Positions 50,881-63,095 of a stretch of DNA of 64,000 bases are shown here, piece by piece (within the stretch, counting starts at the first letter, position 1; every line of letters begins with the position of its first letter). Location of the stretch: the NCBI GenBank assembly GCA_050950825.1, contig JBMNIH010000009.1, positions 160,001 to 224,000 on the forward strand, in the 5' to 3' direction. Under the pieces are notes generated by a model. The model saw only the letters and a list, made by a program, of their open reading frames with translations, did no database searches and had not been told where the DNA came from. The stretch comes from Clostridia bacterium (GTDB taxonomy: Bacteria; Bacillota; Clostridia; JAAYHZ01). Both the position numbers and the translations under genes were made by a program.

Positions 50881-50885
50881 TACGG

Positions 50886-51902
50886 TTATACAGCCTCTAT
50901 ATTGAATTTCTTTTCAGCTAAAGCCGGAATGAGAATATCCAGTCCGGCTTCAATGGACATTCTTCCCGATTTTATATCCATATCGATTCTATTCAGAAGC
51001 CCTATGGCTTCCTTTAGTCCTGCTTGTCCGTATCTTTCGGCATTGGTCATATTTTTCCGTGTTATAAAATCCGGTGTTTTCATTTTTGCCGATATATCCC
51101 GAACGGATAATCCGTTCTTTTTCATAAACAGAATATCGTTTAAGACCATAAATTGTCTTGCGATCATAAAAAAGATCATAAAATGCGGTTCCTTTAGTCG
51201 GATTAAACCGTACAGCTTACGGTAAGCCATATCCGTTTGCCCCGCCGCTAAAGCATCCGTTAATTCAAAAATTCCCGCTTTGATTGATGTCGCACAGACT
51301 TCTTCTACATCTTTTAAGGTAATTACGGGATTATCTCCGCCGTATAAAATCAATTTGTTCAATTCGTTTTCCAGTTCGTAAAGCCCGTTTTCCGCATTCA
51401 AGGTCAAACGAAGAGCGGCTTCTTTTTCAATGGTTTTGCTATGCTTTTTCAGCATTGATTGGATCCATTTGAGCAATTCGTCTTGGCTTCTGTATTCGAA
51501 ATCGAAAAATATGCCGTTATCGGAGACAGCTTTATACAAAGCATTTCTTTTATCGATTTTCGATTCCCAAAAAATCAAGCAGGTACTCTTGCAGGGATTC
51601 TTAACATAGGCAATCAACGGCTCCAGCTCTTCCTTTTTTTTCTGAAACAGCCCCGATTCTTTGACTACAACCAACTTTTTGTCCGAAAACATGGGCAAAC
51701 TGACGCAAGCATTTAAGATCCTGTCTATATCGCTGCATTCATCTAAAACTTCGTAATTCAATGTTTTCGTTGCGGGGTTTAAAATCCCTTCTTCAATCAT
51801 GGCGACATAGCTGCGGATCAAGTATTGCTCTTCGCCCGTGAATAAGTAGCAGTTTTGAAATATGCCCGATGTAATTTGCTTCTTCAATTCGAGTATTTGC
51901 AT
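50886..51902 (-). CDS. holA: DNA polymerase III delta subunit
   Basis: YLFTGEEQYL, SLPMFSDKKLVVV, ELNKL, IFELTDA, DMDIKSG. Confidence 0.92.
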   Translation of the reverse strand: MQILELKKQITSGIFQNCYLFTGEEQYLIRSYVAMIEEGILNPATKTLNYEVLDECSDIDRILNACVSLPMFSDKKLVVVKESGLFQKKKEELEPLIAYVKNPCKSTCLIFWESKIDKRNALYKAVSDNGIFFDFEYRSQDELLKWIQSMLKKHSKTIEKEAALRLTLNAENGLYELENELNKLILYGGDNPVITLKDVEEVCATSIKAGIFELTDALAAGQTDMAYRKLYGLIRLKEPHFMIFFMIARQFMVLNDILFMKKNGLSVRDISAKMKTPDFITRKNMTNAERYGQAGLKEAIGLLNRIDMDIKSGRMSIEAGLDILIPALAEKKFNIEAV

Positions 51903-52057
51903 GATTCATGGCTCCTTTTTGCTATTATACCATAGTTTCATAGCCGAATGAATATTGAAGTCTCGTCGCTAATTGTAATCAAAGGTTGTTATAAAACGCA
52001 CAAGTTATGAGAAAAATACATGTATTAAATAATGATCAATCTGAAAGGAAGCGGATA

Positions 52058-53044
52058 ATGACAACTTATTCTAATCGAACCGATTTGACTTTAGAAGCAC
52101 AAGAATTGCTGGTAAGAGGCGAACCGGATAAAAAGGATTTTGACGGTATCATTACTCATACCCGTAGAGAAGGGAAGTTGAATATAACGAAGGTGGAGGT
52201 AACCAACGATAACGGTGCCGCTAAAATCGGAAAATCCGTAGGGACTTATGTTACGATCGAAATGGGTAACAGCGAGTTAAAAAGCAACGAGGATTACGTA
52301 CATGCCCGCTCGGCCATCGCAACCGAGTTAAGCGCTTTGATCCCGAATATCGAAAACAAAACCGTCCTTATCATAGGATTGGGGAACTGGAACGTAACCC
52401 CGGATGCATTGGGTCCGAAAGTCGTTTCAAAGCTTGCCATCACCCGACATATCCTTGAACACTTTCCGGATGAGCGGGAAAAGAATTTAAACCCCGTCTG
52501 CGCTATTGCTCCCGGAGTTTTAGGGATTACCGGAATAGAAACGGCCGAGATAATCAAAGGTGTAGCGGATCGTGTCAAGCCGGATTTCATTATCGCCATT
52601 GACGCCTTAGCATCCATGAGAACGGAGCGGGTGAATAAAACCATTCAATTGTGCGATACCGGTATATCGCCGGGATCCGGGGTAGGAAACAAACGTAAAG
52701 AATTGTCGAAGAATACCCTTGGAGTTCCGGTTTATGCCATTGGCGTTCCTACGGTAGTCGATGCCATTACCATGGCCAATGAAACCATCGAGGCTATAAT
52801 CAACGCATTGAAAGAAGAAGTCAAAACTTCCGAAAATATTTACTCGTTTATGAAGGACATTGATCCGCAAGATAAACAAGAGTTGATTTCAAAAGTGTTT
52901 AACCCCGGAGACGAGAACATGATTGTAACGCCAAGAGGCATAGACGAAGCCATTACGATTATGTCCAAATTAATTGCCGACAGCTTGAATGTATTTATCC
53001 ACCGTCATAACTACAGCTATTTGCAGCAGGCATATTTGATGTAA
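52058..53044 (+). CDS. gpr: Spore germination protease GPR
   Basis: RTDLTLEA, GLGNWNVTPDALGP, PGVLGITGIET, AIDALA, PGSGVGN, GVPTVVDA, IVTP. Confidence 0.95.
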   Translation: MTTYSNRTDLTLEAQELLVRGEPDKKDFDGIITHTRREGKLNITKVEVTNDNGAAKIGKSVGTYVTIEMGNSELKSNEDYVHARSAIATELSALIPNIENKTVLIIGLGNWNVTPDALGPKVVSKLAITRHILEHFPDEREKNLNPVCAIAPGVLGITGIETAEIIKGVADRVKPDFIIAIDALASMRTERVNKTIQLCDTGISPGSGVGNKRKELSKNTLGVPVYAIGVPTVVDAITMANETIEAIINALKEEVKTSENIYSFMKDIDPQDKQELISKVFNPGDENMIVTPRGIDEAITIMSKLIADSLNVFIHRHNYSYLQQAYLM

Positions 53045-53081
53045 AAGTCCCCTTCGGTATGATATAATTTAGGCATTATAA

Positions 53082-55121
<2,040 letters not shown>

Positions 55122-55149
55122 GTAGCTTTGATAGTATTTAAAGAATAAA

Positions 55150-55188
55150 TAGGGGATGAGAAATGAATTTTTCTCATCCCCTAAATTT
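55150..55188. terminator. Bidirectional terminator
   Basis: TAGGGGATGAGAAA...TTTCTCATCCCCTA. Confidence 0.75.
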
Positions 55189-56109
55189 TTAGGCATTTAA
55201 GCTCCGATAATCTCCCGGAACACGACCTGTCAGCCTTTTAAACGTTCGGTGAAAATAAGATATATCGGAAAAACCGCATTCTTTGCAGATGTCGTACTGG
55301 ATACGATCCGTTGTTGCAAGTAATTCTCGCGCCTTTAGTACACGCAGATACAACAGATAATCTACAAAGGTTTTTCCCGTGATTTGCTTAAATATATGCG
55401 AAAAGGAGCGCACGGACATCATCGCAATTTTCGCTACGTCTTCCAAATAGATTTTTTGGTTGTAATTTGCATGAATAAAGTCCAGAGCATTTTGTATGGA
55501 TTCTCGATACTCCACAAACATTTGATTGCGCTCGAATGAATATTTCTCATTGTATTCTTTTAGAATCAAAGCAAGAAGTTTGATAATGTTCGCTCTGATG
55601 AACATGGAAGAAAACAAATCTCGTTTATAATATGCCTGATGTAATTCCTCAAATACGGCTTCAATTTCTTTGGCGGCATCTCCGGTAAAGTAGTGATAGG
55701 GCTCCATGAGATCTGCTTTTATGAGCAACGGTTCGATATATACAAGGTTAAATAAAGATGTATGCTGTTCCGAATTGGATGTATCGTTGATAAAGCTATC
55801 GGAAAACTCACAGCGATACAATGCGGAATCTTCCGACAAGCTGGTATCGAGGTAATGTGCACAAAATTGCGGTACTACTAATAGTGAGCCTTTCCCGAGA
55901 ATAAACTCACGATTTTCAAACACATGCCGATAAGTTCCGGATATTACATACCACATCTGAATGTAGTCATGGCAATGTATAGCATCTACAGCTTTTGATT
56001 TGTCGATGGATGTACGGAAATTGCTGATGTCGTTTCGAAAGCCTTGAACTATTCTTGCCGTATAACTCCGATTGGAAGCTACACTTAAGGTTTTAAAAGG
56101 AAGCGACAT
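55189..56109 (-). CDS. AraC-family transcriptional regulator
   Basis: Cupin (HCHDY), C-terminal HTH 'FKQITG...CGFSDISYFHRTFK'; ATG 56109 follows AAGGAG. Confidence 0.9.
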   Translation of the reverse strand: MSLPFKTLSVASNRSYTARIVQGFRNDISNFRTSIDKSKAVDAIHCHDYIQMWYVISGTYRHVFENREFILGKGSLLVVPQFCAHYLDTSLSEDSALYRCEFSDSFINDTSNSEQHTSLFNLVYIEPLLIKADLMEPYHYFTGDAAKEIEAVFEELHQAYYKRDLFSSMFIRANIIKLLALILKEYNEKYSFERNQMFVEYRESIQNALDFIHANYNQKIYLEDVAKIAMMSVRSFSHIFKQITGKTFVDYLLYLRVLKARELLATTDRIQYDICKECGFSDISYFHRTFKRLTGRVPGDYRSLNA

Positions 56110-56382
56110 ATAGAAGAGTACTCCTTTCATAAATCACAACATCTAGGCATCTCTATTATAATAATTCCGGTCAGTCAATACAATTATCTCTATATAAAAT
56201 GCAAAATAATTCAAATATTCATTTTTATTAACCGTGAAAATTTTCGGGTCTTTTAGAACGAAGATATGAATTGCCAAATAATTCAACCGCAAATGCTTAA
56301 CAGTAGAACATTCTCATATTATGATAAAATTATAAATACAACATATACATTAATGCTATGAATGAGAGGGACAAGGAGTACA

Positions 56383-57966
56383 GTGGATATCATTTGTTTT
56401 GACTCGAATGTAGGTATTGGAAAACAGGGATTAAAAAACCCGAAAGAAATATGGAAAACCGAAGACATTTTATCCGTAATGGAGCAATGCGGCGTTTCGG
56501 CTTCTCTTGTTTACAGTCGTTATTCAAAAGATTATGCACCGAAATACGGTAATGAAGATCTGGCGAAAGAATTAGAGAAAAGCGGGCGCCTTTTTGGTTG
56601 TTACACAATATTACCGAGCTTGTGCGGAGATTTTTTAAATCCGGAAGAGACGACGCAAGATATCAAAGAAAAGAAGATGGTAGCTGCCAAAATTTTTCCT
56701 CGCTCGCATCGGTACTTTCCCGATGAAAGGACTATGGGTGAATATTACCGAGCATTGGCACAAGAGAATATTCCTCTTTTGGCGGATTGCTCGGAATTGA
56801 ATATCTCCCAATTGGAAAGTGTTCTTGAGAATCACCCGGATTTGAATATCGTATACCAAGGCGTAAGATGGGACGAAGAACGAATGATATTCCCTTTGAT
56901 GCGTGAATTCAAAAATTTATACTTGGACTTTTCGGTTTTGCAATCCAATTATGTAGTTGAACGTATGGTGGAATCATTCGGTGCCGACCGTTTTGTTTTT
57001 GGCAGCGGAATGCCTGCCATGAGTTTAGGAGCTGCCCGCGCCCTTATTGATTATGCGAATATTTCGGATTCGGATAAACAAAAGATCTTCGGAGGCAATC
57101 TGGCACGTTTATGTCATGTTCCGCTTCCCGGACCCCAAACGTTAAAAAACGATTCCATTGCCAAAGAAGCTTTGGAAGGGAAACCGATCTCGGTTTTTCT
57201 GTTTGACTCCCATACTCATGTCCTGGAGGATGGGGGTCACTGCGGAGGAGGCTTACCCATGATGAAGGGCGATTTGGAACATATGGACGCGCTTTACAAA
57301 CGAATCGGCGTCGATAAGTACTGTGTTGCTCCTTGGCTCGCCATTTGGACGGATTCGGAAGCAGGTAATAAGGTTATGCTGGATATGGTCCAAAGAAAAC
57401 CCGAAAGAGTGTACGGTTATGTGTTGATTGATCCGAATTATGTACAAGACATAGAAGGAGAAGCGAAAAAGTATCACTTGGATTACAAAATTCCCGGTCT
57501 TAAGATGTTTTATGCACGTACAAGAGTAAGGTATAACGACCCGGTTTATGATCCTTGGTGGAAGATAGCAAATGAAAATTCTTTGTTTGCCCTAACGGAT
57601 AATGGCAGTTATCCAAGCTTTCTCAATGATGTTGAAGAACTTGCCATACGTTATCCCAATGTAACGTTTTTCTTGGATCATGCAGGCCAAAGCTTCGATG
57701 TCGCCATTAATTATGCACAATACGCAAAAAAGTATCCGAATGTCTATTTGCAAATTACATATACATCCGTAACCCAAGGAGTCATTGAATATTTTGTTCA
57801 AGAAGGATTGGCCGGCAAAGTACTCTACGGTACGGATTCCCCTATGCGTGATCCTCGACCGCAATTAGGCTGGGTAGCTTATGCGAATATCTCGTATGAA
57901 GACAAGAAGAAAATCTTAGGTGAAAATATGGAAGGTATACTTAAGCGTTGTTTTAAAAAAAATTAA
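56383..57966 (+). CDS. Tandem amidohydrolase_2-family protein
   Basis: Two repeats ending FGSGMP...KIFGGN and YGTDSP...KILGEN; DSHTH in the second; GTG start after AAGGAG. Confidence 0.8.
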   Translation: MDIICFDSNVGIGKQGLKNPKEIWKTEDILSVMEQCGVSASLVYSRYSKDYAPKYGNEDLAKELEKSGRLFGCYTILPSLCGDFLNPEETTQDIKEKKMVAAKIFPRSHRYFPDERTMGEYYRALAQENIPLLADCSELNISQLESVLENHPDLNIVYQGVRWDEERMIFPLMREFKNLYLDFSVLQSNYVVERMVESFGADRFVFGSGMPAMSLGAARALIDYANISDSDKQKIFGGNLARLCHVPLPGPQTLKNDSIAKEALEGKPISVFLFDSHTHVLEDGGHCGGGLPMMKGDLEHMDALYKRIGVDKYCVAPWLAIWTDSEAGNKVMLDMVQRKPERVYGYVLIDPNYVQDIEGEAKKYHLDYKIPGLKMFYARTRVRYNDPVYDPWWKIANENSLFALTDNGSYPSFLNDVEELAIRYPNVTFFLDHAGQSFDVAINYAQYAKKYPNVYLQITYTSVTQGVIEYFVQEGLAGKVLYGTDSPMRDPRPQLGWVAYANISYEDKKKILGENMEGILKRCFKKN

Positions 57967-58214
57967 TTATAAATCAAATTTAAGGAGGGATGTAACGGTA
58001 TAATGACGGAATAAGCAAAATTATTATAGGAACGGACAGAGTATCGCTAAAGGCGTATTACTCTCGATAACGTAATTTCCGTTTCCGAAGATTCATTACG
58101 GAACAAAAGCGAAACGTAAGAAGTTACTAACGTTTTTCTGTATTCGCCGTAACGGCAATGCAGGAATAAGAAGATCCCTATTATTAATTGAAAATTTTAT
58201 TCTGGAGGCTAAAA

Positions 58215-60101
58215 ATGAAAAAATTCATTATTTTTGCTTTGATTTTTTCACTGCTATTATCCTTTGCTGCTTGTACAAGTAAATCCGAGGAGAAAACTCC
58301 CGATGTAACAACGACTGCAGCATCTACGACGACAAAAGCGTCTACGACAACAAAAGCTACAACAACGACACAAGCAACGACGACGACAGCAGCTCCGGTT
58401 GAAGAAAACCCCTTCGAAGAGTTTTTTGAAATCACTTGGTTAACCGAGATGAATAAAGACTGGGTAGAAGGAAGATGGGATGAAGTGGAGCTTGAAGAAA
58501 GGTTTAACGTAGACTTCGATGTCTGGCCTATGGACTCCTATAACGACAGAGAAGCTATGGCCGCCCTTATTGCAGCAGGAGATATTCCGGATTTCATGTT
58601 CATGCCTGCAGGGCCGTTACAACCTCATGCTATGTATGAACAAGGTCTAATCCGTACACTTCCTTTGGATATGATTAAAAAGCATCTTCCGGGAATGTAC
58701 AGATTACTTGAAATGATGCCCATCGGTTTTAAGTACAATTTGGTTGAAGGAACAACGGATCAATACTATGGAATTACTCATATCGGTTTTGCTTCCGCTC
58801 AATATTTCTATGATGCAACCTGTGTCAATTTGGATTGGCTCGAAGCAATCGGATACAGTGTGGATTTAGATTCGTTTAAACCGGTTAAAATTCCGACTGT
58901 AGGCTTTGAAAGGTACGGTGAAAATTTACTTGTCGGAGAAGGCAATTTCACCTTTGACGAGCTGAACGATATCCTGAGAAAGTTTACCGAAGATGACCCG
59001 GACGGAAACGGTGAAGACGATACATACGGAATGGTGTACATCTCCGAACGTCCGAACGTTAACATGACTCAAGAAGGTCTTTTCGGATTTGTAAGCGACT
59101 TGAATTATCTTTACAAGGATCCGGTAACCGGTGATGTGGTTCCGAAATATGCTTACACACCGTACAGAGATTACTTGGCTTGGATTTCGGAAAATCTGCA
59201 AAAAGGCTATATGCGTACATTACCGGGACAACAAAGCTGGGTAACCGAATTCCATCAAATTGCAGCAACGAACAAGGTCGGTATCATGCAAATACATAGA
59301 GACGCCTACTTGCAACCGACCAGTGACTTGTTCATTAATTACCCGCCCGCAAGCATTATTACGGGAGTTGACCCCAACGCTCGCTTTATTATAGGTAAGA
59401 TCTTCAACGGTCCGGACGGTAAAGCCGTAAATATGACTTACAGTATCGACACATTCGGCGTAGGATTAAGCAGAACCGAAATGTTCGGTGCCCAAGTTGA
59501 AGATGCGAAGATGCAAAGAATATTGGAAATCCTGAACTATATACTCTACACCGATGAAGCGACATATAACCGTTACGTTTACGGTATTGAAGGTATTCAC
59601 TGGAAATGGGCCGGAGAACCCTTTAATAGCACAAAGATAATCACCCCGAATTCGGATTTACCTCCCGAATATAGAGCATCGAATATCTGTGTATTCGCAG
59701 GGTATCTGCTGCGTTGGCCTACGGCTCAGTTGGAAATCAATGCGGCCGTAAATGACGGCTATTGGTCATGGCCTGCCTATGCTTATACATACGACTTGTT
59801 TGAAAAGTATGCATGTATTCCGGAAAAATATATTTCGGCTGTTTACATGGGTAACGAATTATATGATAAACATACCCAGTTGAAGGCAGAGTTGGATCCT
59901 CAAATGAATCCGATTATCAACGACTTTAAGAATCGTGCTTTAAACGGTGAAATAGCCAACTTTAATACGGAATGGACCCAGTATATTGATCAGCTCTACG
60001 CGGCCGGGCTGGAAACATTGATAAAAGAAGTGTATAACTTGCAAGACTTCGCAAAATTCAATCCCGGTGACAAGTTCAAGGTTAAGGGGCCTCTATATTA
60101 A
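58215..60101 (+). CDS. Extracellular solute-binding lipoprotein (carbohydrate ABC type) with Thr-rich linker
   Basis: Lipobox FAAC, AAGDIPD, NLDWLE, DPDGNGEDDTYG, YGIEGIHW. Confidence 0.85.
   Translation: MKKFIIFALIFSLLLSFAACTSKSEEKTPDVTTTAASTTTKASTTTKATTTTQATTTTAAPVEENPFEEFFEITWLTEMNKDWVEGRWDEVELEERFNVDFDVWPMDSYNDREAMAALIAAGDIPDFMFMPAGPLQPHAMYEQGLIRTLPLDMIKKHLPGMYRLLEMMPIGFKYNLVEGTTDQYYGITHIGFASAQYFYDATCVNLDWLEAIGYSVDLDSFKPVKIPTVGFERYGENLLVGEGNFTFDELNDILRKFTEDDPDGNGEDDTYGMVYISERPNVNMTQEGLFGFVSDLNYLYKDPVTGDVVPKYAYTPYRDYLAWISENLQKGYMRTLPGQQSWVTEFHQIAATNKVGIMQIHRDAYLQPTSDLFINYPPASIITGVDPNARFIIGKIFNGPDGKAVNMTYSIDTFGVGLSRTEMFGAQVEDAKMQRILEILNYILYTDEATYNRYVYGIEGIHWKWAGEPFNSTKIITPNSDLPPEYRASNICVFAGYLLRWPTAQLEINAAVNDGYWSWPAYAYTYDLFEKYACIPEKYISAVYMGNELYDKHTQLKAELDPQMNPIINDFKNRALNGEIANFNTEWTQYIDQLYAAGLETLIKEVYNLQDFAKFNPGDKFKVKGPLY
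58308..58397 (+). repeat. Five imperfect 18-bp coding repeats (TTTxAx)
   Basis: TTTAAS-TTTKAS-TTTKAT-TTTQAT-TTTAAP. Confidence 0.75.
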
Positions 60102-60120
60102 CTAATTTAATATAATCAAA

Positions 60121-60162
60121 AAACACAAAGGGCGAGGTTTTAACCTTACCCTTTGTGTTTTT
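60121..60162. terminator. Bidirectional terminator
   Basis: AAACACAAAGGGCGAGG...CCTTACCCTTTGTGTTT. Confidence 0.75.
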
Positions 60163-60190
60163 ATATAGATATCAATTTCTATCTTCCTTG

Positions 60191-61657
60191 TTATAGATTT
60201 TTCAATCTGTTCAGGCTAATCCGCATTCTTGATAGGGTTTCTTCTTTGCCGAGAAGGTCGGCAATTTCGAAGGCTCCTCCGGGTGTGGATTGTTTTCCGC
60301 TGATAGCCGTACGAACAGGCCATAGTATTTGGCCGTTTTTCACTCCCAATCGTTGAACGGTATCCATCAATGCTTGCTCGATGGTTTGGACGTTCCAGTC
60401 TTCAATCGGTTCTAAAGCCTTCAACGACTCTTCCAAAAATCCCACGGAATTTTCAACGGTGGTTTTCATTTTTTTATGCGCAAACATATTCAAATCGTAA
60501 TCTTCCGGCATCTTAATTAAAAAGTCTACCATTTCCGGTATTTGTTCAAAATATTCAACTCGCTCGATCAGTAATTTGCTGACCTTGCTCAAATCAATAT
60601 TCGTTTCGTACAAGCCCGCTTTTTCATACCACGGTAAAGCCTTTGCATGGAAGGAATCCATATCCAGCTTACGAATATATTCACGGTTCATCCAGTTCAG
60701 CTTTTCCATATCGAAAACGGAAGGTGACTTGCTGATACCGCTAATATCGAAGGCTTCCGCCAATTCTTGTAAAGAGAATATTTCTCGATTATCTCTCGGG
60801 CTCCATCCTAATAAAGCAACGTAATTAACAATGGCTTCCGGTAAATAGCCTTTTTCCACCAAATCCATGAAGGAAGCATCGCCTTCACGCTTCGACATCT
60901 TTCTGCCGCCTTCTTTTGTGATTAATGGCAAGTGAACAAATACCGGCACGTCCCAACCGAAAGCTTCGTACAACAAAATATACTTCGGTGTTGAGGATAC
61001 GTATTCACTTCCTCTTACCACATGGGTAATTTTCATCAAATGGTCGTCGATTACGTTGGCAAAATTGTAAGTAGGAAATCCGTCGGATTTTATCAATATT
61101 TGATCCTCCAATTCGCTGCAGGGAACGGTTATGGTACCGAAAACAGCGTCTTCGTAGGTGACGGATCCTTCTTGGGGCATTTTTTGTCGTATAACAAAAG
61201 GTACCTTCGCTTCAAGATTCGCTTTTATTTCCTCATCACTTAAAGAAAGACAGTGTCGGTCGTACTTGACTCCTTCGTGTCCTTGGGATTTTCTTAACTC
61301 TTCCAAACGCTCCTTGTCGCAGAAACAGTAGTATGCTTGTTTTTTTTCTACCAATTCAAGAGCATAGGGAAGATACAAGTCCTTTCTTTGGCTTTGGACA
61401 TAAGGACCGTAATCTCCGCCTACATCGGGACCTTCGTCATGCTGAATACCTGCCAATTTAAGCGTATCATATATTTTCTCTATGGCACCCTCTACCAGCC
61501 TGCTTTGGTCCGTGTCTTCAATACGAAGTATGAAGTCACCGCCTTGGGATTTGGCTATTAAGTATTCATACAGTGCCGATCGTAAATTTCCAATATGCAT
61601 AGACCCTGTAGGGCTCGGGGCATACCTGGTTCTCACACGTTTTTCTTTCATCTTCAA
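60191..61657 (-). CDS. gltX: Glutamyl-tRNA synthetase
   Basis: RYAPSPTG.MHIGN, LRIEDTD, GPYVQS, THVVRG, KMSKR; start may be ATG 61651. Confidence 0.96.
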   Translation of the reverse strand: MKMKEKRVRTRYAPSPTGSMHIGNLRSALYEYLIAKSQGGDFILRIEDTDQSRLVEGAIEKIYDTLKLAGIQHDEGPDVGGDYGPYVQSQRKDLYLPYALELVEKKQAYYCFCDKERLEELRKSQGHEGVKYDRHCLSLSDEEIKANLEAKVPFVIRQKMPQEGSVTYEDAVFGTITVPCSELEDQILIKSDGFPTYNFANVIDDHLMKITHVVRGSEYVSSTPKYILLYEAFGWDVPVFVHLPLITKEGGRKMSKREGDASFMDLVEKGYLPEAIVNYVALLGWSPRDNREIFSLQELAEAFDISGISKSPSVFDMEKLNWMNREYIRKLDMDSFHAKALPWYEKAGLYETNIDLSKVSKLLIERVEYFEQIPEMVDFLIKMPEDYDLNMFAHKKMKTTVENSVGFLEESLKALEPIEDWNVQTIEQALMDTVQRLGVKNGQILWPVRTAISGKQSTPGGAFEIADLLGKEETLSRMRISLNRLKNL

Positions 61658-61868
61658 TTACTCCTAGTTAATGATACAGAAAGTATAAAAATAATTGTCT
61701 CTGATAATGTCTAATAATACCATAGATTCAAACAAAATTACACCGAAATGCGTTATTTTCTATGCTATAATAATGATAATCTTTCGTAAGAGATAAGATC
61801 GAACGATTTTTTTCGGAAAGGAGCGGTTCTTCTTTTGTTTCGAAAAACGTAAGAAGACCAAGGTTCTT

Positions 61869-63095
61869 ATGAAAAAATACGTTATTGCAGGTACGGGAAC
61901 AAGAGGCTTACATATGTTCGGAAAGCCGTTGGTTTCAAAGTATTCCGAATTTGCTCGGCTTGCAGGTGTTTTTGACACCAACGTAAAAAGAGCAAACGTA
62001 TTTAAGAAAATGACCGGCGGGGATTTCGAGGTTTTCGAGGACTTTGACCATATGCTGGATGCCGTCAAGCCGGATACCGTCATCGTTACCACCCAAGATG
62101 CGTTTCATGACGTGTATATCGTAAAGGCTTTAAAAAAAGGCTGTGACGTCATTACCGAAAAACCGATGACCACGGACGAGTTTAAATGTAATAACATTCT
62201 TCGAACCGAAAGAGAAACCGGTAAAAAGGTCACGGTTACCTTCAATTGCAGGTACATGCCTTTTCTATTGGAGATCAAAAAATTGATGATGCAAAACATT
62301 GTGGGTGAGGTAACCTCCGTTCACTTTGAATGGCTGCTAGACCAAGTCCACGGTGCCGATTACTTCCGGCGCTGGCACAGCAACAAGAGGATTTCCGGAG
62401 GACTTCAAATTCACAAAGCCACCCACCATTTTGATATCATCAACTGGTTAATTGACGATGAACCTCGAATTGTAAGTGCATTCGGTTCGCTTCGTTTTTA
62501 CGGCTCAAACGGTACCTACAAAGGCAATCACTGCTTTAACTGCGAGCACAAAGACCTCTGCAAATTCTATGTAGATAAAGCGAACAATCCTTTTTACAAG
62601 GAATTCTATTTCGACAATATGGATATCGACGGCTATGCTCCGGATATGTGCGTATTTCGAAATGAAATCGACATTGAAGATACATTGAGCGTCAGCGTCC
62701 GCTATAAAAAAGGAGCGGTGATGAGCTATACATTGACAGCGTATTCTCCTTACGAAGGATACAAGATCAATATTAACGGCACAAAAGGTCGCTTGGAGAT
62801 TGAAAATTATGCAGGGAAGCACTTGAAAGAACCTGTTAAGCAAGTAAGATATTTTGACGAAGAACACAAGATGACCCTCATCGACATTGAAGAGGGGAGA
62901 GGAAGCCACGGCGGGGGAGACAGCGCTTTGCTAGAGGTTCTATTTAAAGGATCCGATGAAGACCCTTACAACAGGCATGCGAACTCTCGTGCGGGAGCGA
63001 TGTCCATCGGTATCGGAATTGCTATCAACAATTCCATACGCGAACAAAAGCAAATCAAAATCAAAGATATTTTATGGGAATTGGATGTAGATTAA
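61869..63095 (+). CDS. Gfo/Idh/MocA-family oxidoreductase
   Basis: GTGTRG, TEKPM, HGADYFRRWH, HKATHHFD, HGGGD. Confidence 0.9.
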   Translation: MKKYVIAGTGTRGLHMFGKPLVSKYSEFARLAGVFDTNVKRANVFKKMTGGDFEVFEDFDHMLDAVKPDTVIVTTQDAFHDVYIVKALKKGCDVITEKPMTTDEFKCNNILRTERETGKKVTVTFNCRYMPFLLEIKKLMMQNIVGEVTSVHFEWLLDQVHGADYFRRWHSNKRISGGLQIHKATHHFDIINWLIDDEPRIVSAFGSLRFYGSNGTYKGNHCFNCEHKDLCKFYVDKANNPFYKEFYFDNMDIDGYAPDMCVFRNEIDIEDTLSVSVRYKKGAVMSYTLTAYSPYEGYKININGTKGRLEIENYAGKHLKEPVKQVRYFDEEHKMTLIDIEEGRGSHGGGDSALLEVLFKGSDEDPYNRHANSRAGAMSIGIGIAINNSIREQKQIKIKDILWELDVD

